This document shows, piece by piece, positions 37,136 through 48,815 of a stretch of DNA of 64,000 nucleotides. Source of the stretch: Priapulus caudatus. Its lineage: Eukaryota. The stretch covers positions 1,062,223 to 1,126,222 of the forward strand of contig NW_014577064.1 of the NCBI RefSeq assembly GCF_000485595.1. Reading direction: 5' to 3'. The stretch's first letter is position 1, and each line of letters begins with the position of its first letter. The translations under genes and the position numbers were made by a program. Under the pieces are notes generated by a model. It did not search any database. It saw only the letters and a list, made by a program, of their open reading frames with translations, and was not told the origin of the DNA.

Positions 37136-40100
37136 TAGTACAGATTGCATAAGCCTCTCATATTATAAACAATTGTGCCATTTTATGAGAAAAGCATGAA
37201 ATGTCTAGCCATAGTTAGTATACATGATGTTAATTTCAGCATGGTGGAGCGAAGTCAGATTTGACTTCTAGGACCGTGAGAGGTCAAATCCAAGATGCCG
37301 CCAGTCCACAGGGTATTAATGTTCAAACGCGCTTAATTTTGGAACCAAAAGCAGCGTAGAAAACATTTAAGGTGTCGCCGTCCAACTAAATTGGGGATGA
37401 CCATTTATTTTTTTTGTTTCTGGTGATACCTGGAGATCGCTACAACTCAAAGGACATGCATTTAGGCCAAGGTCAAGCCGTCAAAATTTACCAAAAAATA
37501 AGAAATCGGTTGAAATTTGCAAATAACACCAAGAGATGTTAATTTCAAAATAATATTAAGATTCCCATATATTTGATGATCAATTTCAAGTTGCCAGCAC
37601 TGAACCCTGGCCAGATCCTGTCCTTAGCCTGTTGACCAACACTGTATGCTCGTGCTAAGGAAGTCCAGTGGACCTGGCCAGCCACTTCACGGAGAGGATC
37701 ACTTGTGATCATGTTCGCGGGTCTACACATCGAAGATGGGCAATGTTTGAAGTCTGCTGGGAGACTGGCTGCGAAGGACAGTGGTTGGGGGGGGACGAAC
37801 GCCCTTGGTACAGCTGACATTGCAAGTTCCGGGAACAGCAAATTCTTCATACATGCAGGCATTGTTACCATGACACGCCATGTACACCAAGTCACAGCTG
37901 CAAGCCTTTATCACTCCTCCAACAAGCTTACAATGAAGACTCGCTACATCTGATGATACTGATGCCCATGCCTACGCAGATAGTCCGGTCTTTTGAGGAG
38001 TGGTGCTACAGCCAGTGTCGCACTTTTGACTACTTGGTGACATAAAGCCCTTCATGGGGGCTGTGTTCTCTTGCTGCTGGTTTAATCTGTATGTATATTC
38101 TGGTCTTGAATTGTTAACTTCCAGTTCTGTACGTGAAACTCCTGACGCCGATCATGCCCTGGATGTTGTCTAGATCCTAGCCAAGCATGGTCTAGCAGCA
38201 TTCAAGTCTAGAAACTTCGTGGGTGGTTCACAAAAACCAGCCAACAAGTTTGTCTGCTATGGCACTTGACCAGTTCCATGAGCAAAAACAATGCCAATTG
38301 GTGAAAGGTTTCTGGTGGGGCTATAGGACTGACAGGCCAATCCTAGGAGCACTCAGACGCGATGGGATGGTAGCAAGGCCAGAAATGCCAGGATTCAACT
38401 ACAGGAGCTTGAGGAACAGGCATAAAGCAACGGGTAGGCTGATGACACTGGACACCCTCACCATGACCAGCACCTGGAGTGCAAGCCAGAATTCCTGAAA
38501 GAGGTTAAGGCACTGTGACAGTGCTGAAAGAGATGCGAGAAGTCATTTCTAGAGAAATCAGCCAAGATCCTACTAGTCATACACAAGGGACATCATGCGG
38601 ACACCCAAAGTGTGCCTGAGAAACTGTGAGAAAGATTTGAGGACCCTTGGTGCAGAAGGCAGTACACTAAGTTTGATGACAGAAATGGTTTAGAACAGTG
38701 TACCACACCTGTCACACAGGACACTTCCAAAGATACAAGTTGCCACTTTTCAGTTAAGCCACCGGTCAAGATTAAGTCAAACAGAAGCGCCCACAGGCTT
38801 GCGCTGAACTGAGAGTGACTGTTGGTCTCTTGTTCCGAGGCTGTACATTCTCCATGTCAATACTCAGATGGAGACATCAAACAATTTTCTTCGTCCAGGA
38901 AAACCAGCAGCCCCGCCGAGCTCGCTGTCAACTGGGGAAAAACAATGCGTGTTCGGGGTTAAAGCGAAGCTACTTCGCTGCCTGGAATCAGATCTGCTCG
39001 GAACAATAGTTGCCCGGTGCGCTGATGCCCAACAATTTTCGATGCCGATGCAGCCTGTGGCTTTCAAATGCTAAATCCTGCGGACATCGAAGAGCATTTT
39101 AAAAGAGTATGCAAAAAGACGTGTTTGCACCATACCATCTCTGCTGCAACTCTAAGAATGCAAGCCGCCATCGACCTTGTCTGGGATGTAAGCCTACCTG
39201 CCAGCCTGAAAGCCTCACTCAGACAGAATTAGGGGAAAAGGGCATCAGGAAAAGGGTGTCTCCTTCTACCTGTGGATGCCAAAGAACTGGAAGGACTTCT
39301 TTCGAGTCAATCGGAGGAACAAACCCGAAATTATTTGCTTTCCTGTTCACGCGCTGTTCACATTTATCTTGAGCAGAAGGCAAGGACTGTATGCAAAAAC
39401 AGTGTGTGAGAGTGGGGTCCTGTGCTCTCTGTCGAGTCATCATTGGGGCCGCCTTGCCCATGTTCACAAGAGGAGGCTGACACTTAGGTCTTACTTCTGC
39501 ATTGTGGCAGATTGCTGTGCAAAGGGTAACCAATACGTACCATTGATTACTGATGTGGTGGCTACTGGCTGTGGCTTCATGCTGCCAAAGATAGCCTCCT
39601 GCATGAGCTGTTGGTGGGCCTTTGGTGATTGGCTCAAGCGGGTTCGCGTACTGACTGTTTACAAAATGCTTGCCACAACTTGAATCCAACCACTGCTGTC
39701 GTCACTCTCCCAGTCTTTCACGCTTTCACCAAATTTGTGACACTGTAGCTGCATTCGCTGCAGAGGAAAGAAGATGCCTGCGGAAACTTGGAAGTCTTTC
39801 CAGAGGTGATGATGCTTTCAGTGAACTTCCTAGCATGCCCGAGGTGAAGTCAGTGAAGGAATCAAATGTTATTGCCTAGAGCGTTTGGTGGGTGCTGCTG
39901 TATGAACCGAACAGTGAGAGCCACGAGAGTGAATGGCATTGAGGAAAACAGGCGTCTGTCACAGCAGAGTCTAGAACTCTTAGAGAACAATCTCCACCAG
40001 GCCGCACATCAAGCGCTCTTGCTACCAGGCCAACTTTGGAACAAGGCATTGGTCATGGATCCAGAGATTTCCAGAACCATCTGACTGGGGCTGGCAAATG

Positions 40101-40726
40101 GAAACAATCTGCGGTCATGCCTCTTTTGTGTGACTACCTTCTTCCTAGGCAGGAGCAGCAAAACGTCATGAATGATCCACTGTCGCTGCGTTGTGGAGTT
40201 GATAGGTCAGCTCTTGGACGCTGCTCTGATATTGTTGTTCTCAGTGCTCTGTTGCTGTGTCCTGTGATGCTGTTGTTTTACTTTGTGGGTTGGCTGTGTG
40301 TGTTCTGCTTCTGTTGTTGAACATTACCGGAATATGATTATGCAATATATTTTATGTGTTATTGACTTTTTGGGAACGGTAATTCAACCTTTTCACCTTG
40401 GTCGCTAAGGTCTTGCTTTTGATGTTCTATGCCAATCTCATAGACTATCATAAATGGTCGATCCCAATTAGTGGAATCGGACACCTTAAATTCTTTTTCT
40501 ATGGCTGTTTGGTTCTAAAATTAATGCAGCTGTTTGAACATTAAGACACGGCGTGGACTGGCGGGCCATTCTTGGATTTGACCTACTCACGCGTCTTCAG
40601 AGGTCGCAAAATATCTGACGCCCCACATCTTAAGATAAAACATCATGGTATATACTAACTATGCTAGAAATTTCATGCTTTTCTTGCATAAAATGCAACA
40701 ATTGTTGCTGGTATCTGCTGCCACTA
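37136..40726 (+). mobile_element. AcademX DNA transposon (internally deleted, frameshifted) in UNC119 intron 3
   Basis: TAG...CTA termini, ~270-bp imperfect TIRs, TAT on both flanks. Fragmented ORF motifs: LNPGQ-DQPLYA, GLHIE, MALDQxHEQ, GAIGLT, EEADT, FHAFT-CDT (XPG-like), HIKRSCYQA, DWGW and a Cys-rich tail. Confidence 0.8.
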
Positions 40727-41113
40727 TATAGCCCATCTCAAGCAATCCCAACATGCACTCTGCACTACGACGACAGCAGCCATTTTGAAATGTTCGTACT
40801 TTTTATATTCACTCGTTTCTGCAAGTTTTGTGAATGTTCCATTCCAAACACCACACTAGTACCTGAACATATCACGTAACTGACCACGGTTCACTCATTG
40901 CTCTATAGCTGAGATCCTATATATGCATCACGAAAACGGACCTACGATTCTGTTATAATATTGAATATTTTTTTTGGTAGTCTATATCGTGTTTTTTTCT
41001 AATAGGTCTTTCTTTTTTATTTTTTTCTTTGTCTGTATATATTTTTTGTTATTTAACAAAGCTAAGGGTGGGACGACACTGTCACTGAGCACACATCACA
41101 CCGGTCAACTTAC

Positions 41114-41227
41114 GTTGCACCTACTGTCCGCAATTTTAGAATTGTGGCGTGAACTGATAGCGAACAAATCGGCCGGCGTTCGGGTCCCAGGTCCCCATCG
41201 CCCGAATCCAGTCATCATCTTCATTCT
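41114..41227 (-). CDS. UNC119: UNC119 exon 3 (contains apparent indel errors)
   Basis: ttgcag|AGAATGAA...GCAAC|gtaagt. Reads DPNAGRFVRYQFTPQF, then LKLRTVGAT after a 1-nt frameshift. Confidence 0.85.
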
Positions 41228-41356
41228 CTGCAAGAAAATGAAACGAATGAGGATTGAAACAGCACTGCTTGGGTCGCAGAAAACAGCCGTCGTGCGAGCA
41301 CAGGTGATTCGACCAAGTTCACACATTCCCACGACAAGTAAATTTACCTAGCCTAC

Positions 41357-41482
41357 CTGTGGGCGGTGGCTTTGCTATTTTCGCGAAAAGGTACTGTTGT
41401 TCTCCAGCTCTTATACCTTGATTTCTCTCTATATATAGTCAATTTATCTATCTCTCTCCTTGTGTATGACATATATAGTAAT
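41357..41482 (-). CDS. UNC119: UNC119 exon 2 (heavily garbled; 5' boundary approximate)
   Basis: 3' end ...ATAGCAAAGCCACCGCCCACAG|gtaggc encodes IAKPPPT. Upstream fragments resemble FKIRDLENNTVLFE only if several indels are allowed. Confidence 0.6.
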
Positions 41483-41647
41483 CTATATGTGTATAGTTGT
41501 GGTATGTAGTGGTATATAGTGAGCTGGTGTCAATACTATTTAAATTTTCTCTCTATAATATATATCCTAACATATAACTGCCGTCAATTGTCATGAACTA
41601 TGTCTATTATAACTGTGATGATATTGGTTGGTTTATGTTAGTGACCC

Positions 41648-41919
41648 TATAGGGTCTATGTCCCCTGGGGTACTGCCGGAACGTACCCTGGGTACGGTCC
41701 AGTATACCTTGGTCACTATTTGATATGGTTAGGGTTAGAGTTAGGGTTAGGGTTAGGGCTGGGGTTAGGGTTCGGGAGTAGGACACTCCCTAGACTCGTT
41801 AGTGAAGTAGGCGAGGTACGGTCCGGCATAGTTATATTATGTAGATAGTACCAGGGTACGTTCTGGGCGGTATACCGGACCGTACCCAGGGAGACATATA
41901 TAGTGGAGACCCTCTCAGC
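41648..41919 (+). mobile_element. MITE family A copy in UNC119 intron 1
   Basis: ATAGGGTCTATGTCCCC...GACCCTCTCAGC with a longer TTAGGG-like tract. Confidence 0.85.
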
Positions 41920-42100
41920 GTGAGTAGCATGAGCATAGCTGGCATTAGCTGCATAGTAGATTTAATATTCAACAAAAATGGTAGGTTTCCGATAAGGGTA
42001 GTATGAATATGACTAAACGATTACAAGTGTACAATATTACGCTATATTATAAGCTCTAGTTGGCGCACAATAGTGACGTACAACACTATATACTACTAGA

Positions 42101-42181
42101 GCTGCCAGGGTCTATGTTTCCCAGGATACTGCCGGAACGTACCCTGGGTACGGTCCGGTATACCGGAACGTACCCTGGTAC
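42101..42181 (+). mobile_element. MITE family A fragment
   Basis: AGGGTCTATG...GCCGGAACGTACCCTGGGTACGGTCCGGTATACCGGAACGTACCCTGG. Confidence 0.8.
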
Positions 42182-43323
42182 TATATAATATGACGCTATA
42201 TCATAAGCTGTAGTTGGTGCACAATAGTGAGAACACTATATATATTACTAGACCAAGCCCATATGCCATAGCTGGAAGAGCCAGTGGCAGTGTATTTAAA
42301 CAACGCGAATCAGAAGCACAGGCACTCAGACAGTAAACCAATTATAAACGTGGTAGCCACAACAACAAATCAATGAGACCACCTGGTTACTATGGAAACC
42401 GATAAAGATACATGCTACTACAGTGTACTATTTGCATACACACCCAGCTTCATTAGTACATGACCAATTAGGGGTGTATTGGCGTTTCACTCTTCACACT
42501 GTAATCTCGATCGAATATCAGGTCAGGTGTCTGCCATTGAGAAAGTATTAGTGAAGTGTGCTAGGTGCAGATGTAAAATGAAAACGTGTATATCACTATG
42601 CCTGGGTATACTTCGCAAGTGTGCAACACAGTTTTACGTGCAGCGCATGTACAAGAATCGATATTTTAGGTTAAATAATAATATGAGGTACATACATAAT
42701 TATACATGTAGGCGAAATTGATAGGTTAGTAGCTGACTAGTAGGAATAACATGAACTAATCACTTAAAATTCGAACAACCACAATAGTGCATCCACAAAG
42801 TAAATGCAACATTTCAGGCAGGATTTCCAATATACTCAAAATATCACACACTGAAGAGTGCAGGCTAATTCATTTTAGTGTTATGCGTGCCAATCACAGC
42901 AGTTTAAACAAGCCGACACTGCCACCACCTACGTGTGGGTTTCAAACACAGCTGTTGACAAATTACTTCTTGCAATTTAATTGTGCTGAAAACTGCCGCC
43001 TCCCCGATGTATCATTAACAAGCGGTTGTGTTTTCATGTTCATCAAGTAGTTACGTAGCTGCCCCTGGGAGATTTTTTATTTAGTATAAATTTAATATAA
43101 CAAGAACAGGTGGTACCATAGATGTGCAAAGGTACAAGTGCACCAGCGCACGTTCACGTTTGTGTATCTCTCTACAGGTTTCGAGTAATGACACGAATGA
43201 ACCACAAATATAGTAATAATTATTTATCTTTTACACAATTATAACTGCTATATATATGTGTGTTTGCTCGCAAGCGTGCGTGCGTGCGTGCGTGCGTACG
43301 TACATAATGCGACGGGTGGTCAA

Positions 43324-43493
43324 CAGGGCCGTAGCCAGAGGTAAATTTTGTAGGAGGCAAATGTTGTGAGTTAAAGAACAAGGAGCGAAGCGAGCCAATA
43401 GGGCGTGGGGTATGGGGCCCGCTTAATTTTTTTTTTGAGAAATTTTTCAAGGAGGCATTTGCCTCCTATTGCCTAATGGTAGCTACGGCCCTA
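43324..43493. mobile_element. hAT-type MITE
   Basis: TIRs CAGGGCCGTAGC...GCTACGGCCCTA; 8-bp TSD GTGGTCAA (43316-43323, 43494-43501). Confidence 0.9.
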
Positions 43494-44849
43494 GTGGTCA
43501 ATGTCGTTATTATACAACATTTTATGGATTTACCAGTAAATATATATTTCGAAATATATGAAATTGCCTCGAGGTAAAAAGGTGTTGCATTTGAGAAATG
43601 TGTTCATGCACGGCCACACATATATATATATATATCAGTTTTAAATGAATATTTTCCCAGCTGCGCTGCGTTGTTGGCTTGCACTTGCACATCATATGGG
43701 AGCGCGTTTCAACATTGACTGGCAGGCAGGTAAAGCCTACAATATCCATCCATGCCGGCTGCAGTACGTACATTCCCTAATGTAATACAGAAGATCAATA
43801 ACATTGTCTGGGAAACCACCAACCTAGCAGCTTGCTTGTAAAGTCCCACGCAAGATCTGTACGCCACACGAAAGCACTTCATGGTTCTATATATATCAGA
43901 AGTAGATAATAGGGAATATATATATAGAGTATAGGGAATAGGAGTAGAACTCCTGATATATATATATATATACCAAGGCAACATATTACATATGTGATAC
44001 CTACCAGTGTTGAGCATGTGTAATGTAGCTGGCCTAACAAATAAATATAGACACAACCATACACTGGAGATATATACACGCAAATTCACATGATTCCTTC
44101 ATAAAGCCTATAGCGTGTAATTTCTCAACTGATTGGGGTTTGGCTTATCTCAGGGGAGAAGCCAGTGAATAAACTGATTACACATATCAGCTACATGTAT
44201 ACAACGTTATGTACAGTCATCAGGAATGAGGATGTTTACGCCATTACATACTACCCATCACAAATGTATTATTTATATACTATATCAATGTACATGCGTT
44301 TTTTTAAATAACTAGCATGCACAGAATTATAACATTAACTTGATAAGGCTTTATTTTGCACCATATTTAAAATTATGAAACAGGAATTAGATGAAATTGA
44401 TACAATTGTGCAATATTCAAACGGGACCTAGCCAATGTGAATGTTGTTTGGGAGTAGTGATGTACGTAAACGCGAATGCTCCGGAGATTAGTAATCTAAA
44501 ACATCCATCAATTATCACGGTAATTGCCGATGCCAATGCTCATTGAGATCTCCACCATACACCATGTATATATGTTTAATTACCCGCAGGCTGCAACACG
44601 TGAGAAAATGCATAAACACAGGTTTACAGAACTTTTGAACAAAAACCAGTAATACATGTGTATGTACATTTATAACAAAGATACACAAAGTCTACAAACC
44701 TTACCTAACCACCGCAAAAATCGGCGATATACGAGCGGAGCCTACATTATGTATACACTATTCTCAGTAACAATAATAAGTTGGTTTTCTAGAGATACGG
44801 CATGATGTTGTATTTTGTAACATTATCAAAGGGCGGACTTAACATCCTG

Positions 44850-46830
44850 CCCCTCCGATTTCGATCTGCCGTCATTTCAACCCATTGCTCTCTTTCTTCT
44901 GGCACCGCTGTCTCGAACTTCGAAGGTACTTCGCAATCACTCATTTGGCTTTTAAAATATTAAAGTGCTGTGTCATCCTCACAATATGCCAATCGACCCG
45001 TTACGCTGACACGATCGGGGTCCATAAATCAGTATTTTCAGCTTCAGGCCTGTGACAATTCCAAATGTCTACGATGTACTGAACAGCTACAATGCGTTTT
45101 TTTGCCAATATCAATCGTATTTCCAGCTTTCGTTATACTTATAGCACCCAAGACGGACCATTACTCTTCTTTTGAAGCTTGTAGTTTTTTCCAGGCTTTT
45201 GTTTGTTTCTCACAAAGACATAGCTACCAACTTTCAATAGCACCGCGACTCTTAATCATTTAGAGTGCGAACTGTCTCTCTAGCCCCTCCTCCGCGTTTC
45301 TGGCAACTTCCAGTCTGGTACGTCTGCCGGCAGTTATCACTATCAGTCTGTTTCCGTACACTAAATTCGTTTTTCTTTGCAGTTTCCTGCTACGAGACAG
45401 ATTATATATAGTACGTCGACTGGCATAATCGAGTCCTGACCGAACAGCACATAGTACGAGATATTTGTGTTATACTAGTAATTAAATAGCGCAACATTTA
45501 TCCACGCCTCCCAGCTTTAAGCAGTTGCAAGATGGATTGGTTAGCGCGTCCCAATACGCTATTAATATTACTCACTAGGTTCCACAACAATTTATAGGTT
45601 TCGCGTATTCCTAATAATCTCTATACTTCTGCTATAAGTATAAGTGCAGGTGTAAGGTTTGCACCTCACGCCGAGTCGTGTGTACTGAGTACCTATATTG
45701 TTCACGAAAACACTTGTCATTGTAGATGATGTGCAGTCCTTTCTAGGATAGGCTTCTGCATATTTGGAGAATGCACCCTGTACTTAATGCAAGTGCTTAT
45801 TTCCTTTGGGGAAACCTATAATAAATTGGGACAATAAATTGAATGCCACTTTGTCAAGCGGCTTAATTTGACTCTGCTTTAGAAGCTTACCTAAGCTGCA
45901 CACCTTTTACGATAGTAAGAGCTTGGTTGTATTCGACGTTTTGAGTGGCAACTCAAAATACTGATAGCTTTTCACACAGCAATCTTGCTGAAGCTCTTCT
46001 GGCCGAATTAGTGTATCAGCTATGACATTTTCTTGCTTGCGAATATAACTATATAAAAGCTATAGGATAGCAACCCTAACCACCAACGTGTTATATTCGC
46101 TTTCGTCTGCGTCAACTCTTGTATATATACGGTACCGTAGTGGTTTATGATCACACTTCAATGTGAATTTCTCTACAACCAACAAATAAAATAAAAACTG
46201 TGGATGGAAAGTGCTTCTTTCTTAATTGTGCACCATCTCACTTCCATATATATGTCACTCAACTTCTTCGAGATAAATGCGACTGGTTGGGATATGTCAT
46301 CCCCATCAGTTTCACACTATGCCAACACACCCACGATGATCTGATCAGATGTGCCTGTATAAATGGTTGTCCGAAGTTGAAAATTTTTAGTACGAGTCCG
46401 TGCATAACACTTCACGCAAATAGTCAACTGACCATCTTCGGATATTCCCATTGCCACTTTGCATCATTTCTTGTCAGGTCAAACAAATTGATGCCATCAA
46501 CTCAGTGAATCATGGCACGAATATATGCAATAATAATTTGCAAAGACTAAGAATCTCTTTACCTCTGCCTTATTCACAGGTTTTGGAGTAATTGCGAATC
46601 TTCTCTAACTTCTGCACATCCATCTGTACGCTTCGCTCTGCAATTCGGTCACCCAAGTAACACCACTCACCACTTCAGATTGATCAAAATAGCACTTTTT
46701 CAGTTCAAGGAGAATTATTCACAAATCTCATATTTTCTCCAGTGTTTTCTGCAACCATGTTAGCAATCACCCTTGTCGGTGTTCCTATAATTATGTCATC
46801 TAGGTATCCTGCCACCTGTTCCTTACACAG
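44850..46830 (-). mobile_element. Degenerate Gypsy LTR-retrotransposon pol remnant
   Basis: Minus-strand fragments in RT-RNaseH-integrase order: GYLDDII (~46790-46809), KKCYF, KEALSI and FTLKCDHKPL (~46135-46225), QENVIADTL (~46010-46035). Many stops; boundaries approximate. Confidence 0.72.
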
Positions 46831-47477
46831 GTCCTAGATTGCGTACTGTTTTTCTAAATAACTGTATTACTATATTGTCGACTAACAATTGAGATCGGCG
46901 CTCCTGGATCTACTGTCACTCGTATAGCCTGTCCGTCTATATGTCACATTATGCAGGTATCTAAAGCCCCCGTTATTCTAGTGTCATGTTCCTGCTTATA
47001 CAGCTAGTATAGTATGTGAGCGGCATTGTGGGTTTGTATCCATGCTTATATAAGTACTACATGCTTATACTTTAATATGCAATCAGCAAACTAATATAGT
47101 GTTTTCTTTCCAGGAACTATTTGCGCTAGCGTAGGCCTACTGTAATAGCATTCAGTTACATCACTCTGTGAGAAGTTCTCTCTCCGAGAGAATCTCTCTC
47201 CGAGAGTTTTCAAAATAGTGAACTTCGGAGCACATTTCTGGCTCAATGAGAACATTTCGCGATGTTTTCATACTGCAAGTATATGCCCACAGTAGGTGTA
47301 TGTATAAGCATTTTGTTGCGAGGTTTATCCATTTCAAGAGGCGAATACAATTTGCAAATAATATTTAACTGTTCACAAAATTACAATTGAATAATAAAAT
47401 CGTCAAATCGCAATTTCTGTAGTAGTACGTTGCAGAATCCAAAATTGGCATCGAGGCAACGGAAGGCTAGTCGTGTA

Positions 47478-47778
47478 CACAGGCACTTGAAGCGTTTCAA
47501 TAAAATATAATGCTAACTAAATACGAAATCAATTTACTACCAAATTCTTATATAATATTTTTTCTAATATATATAGTGTAAGCGTGCAACAGTGCACATC
47601 ACAAGAGCAATGGCGCAGGCAGCGTATATGGTTGGACGTAGGATTTGGACGGAATTTACAGGAAACTGTCGGCAATAATAGGTGAAAGAGAGTATATAGA
47701 AACATTAAGAATTTGGTAGTAAATAGATTTCGTATTTAGTTAGCATTATATTTTATTGAAACGCTTCAAGTGCCTGTG
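47478..47778. mobile_element. CACAGG MITE, second copy, inverted relative to 12917
   Basis: TIRs CACAGGCACTTGAAGCGTTTCAATAAAATATAATGCTAA; shares the ATAGGTGAAAGAGAGTATA segment with the 12917 copy. Confidence 0.88.
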
Positions 47779-48203
47779 GTTTGTAGGCTATAACTATAAG
47801 TACTAACAAATTTTGTAACCTATAACTATTCTGTCTCTAGTCATATTTTAGACTTACCTTTAAAATAAAACAATATAGTTTTGTGTAGCATAAACTACAT
47901 TATTTTATCTTTACTTGATTACTTTAGTCTTTATTAATTATGCCTTGCTTAGCACATGACAACGTGAATAGTGGTTTCATTGACATTGTCATTGGTGGCT
48001 AAATAAAATAATGAAATAACTTGGGTGGCTCAAAGTCTTGGCTCAAACTTTAAAACATCCAAAGGGAGCCCTGACTATGATTATAATTCTTACCGCATGT
48101 TAAATTCTAGGTATGCAAGTTTAACTATGGATGTTGTTGTTTAAACGAACGTGTTTAATAACACCACAAAAATGCGCAGGCTTATGATTCGGGTTTGACT
48201 TAC

Positions 48204-48372
48204 TCTCTGTGATCTTTGTCAATTTCAACACATCGTCGGGTGACACACACTCTTTGTTTAACAAATCTTCTTCTGTCACAGTGTCTTTTAATTCTTTGTC
48301 TTTCTTTGCTTTACGAGATAAAAATCCTCCACCTTTCTTTTTGTTCGATGCGTTGTTTTTCGAATTGCTCAT
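48204..48372 (-). CDS. UNC119: UNC119 exon 1
   Basis: ATGAGCAAT...ACAGAGA|gtaagt. Encodes MSNSKNNASNKKKGGGF...VTEEDLLNKECVSPDDVLKLTKITE, typical of UNC119 (ITPEDVLxLxxIT). Confidence 0.88.
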
Positions 48373-48815
48373 TCTCCTGAAGTGAAGCACTGAAGGTGTG
48401 CAAATCTTCACCGAATTCGGAGTCCCTTATCAACAGAACGTATTATATTCAAGCTGCTAATCCAGTGACAGTCAATTCCGTATTCATGTAAGTTATGTTA
48501 TTGTCGTTATACGAAATAACCGTACACCTTGTACGCAAACATGAACATAAACACAGGATACGAACAAAACTGAATATCGTGATTTGCCAATGTTTTCCTC
48601 GCAAAATGACAATCTTGAAAATGGTGATGACAGAACATAAGAGCATTCTCTAGTGGCGTTGACATCGTTACTAAGGACGCTGTTCCGAACTGACAATTTT
48701 TATAAAAACACAAGACCATTGATATGGAGCATTGGCGCTGCAGTCGGACATGATGGACTCTTTCTTTCCTCGTTATACACATATGTCATATGCATGTTTT
48801 ACACGTTTTAAGTAA
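48373..48815. promoter_or_regulatory. Putative bidirectional promoter region of UNC119/TRRAP
   Basis: Head-to-head arrangement. The TRRAP ATG exon starts at a splice acceptor (52161), so an upstream non-coding exon is needed; possible donor TTTAA|gtaaga at ~48812. Inference only. Confidence 0.4.
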
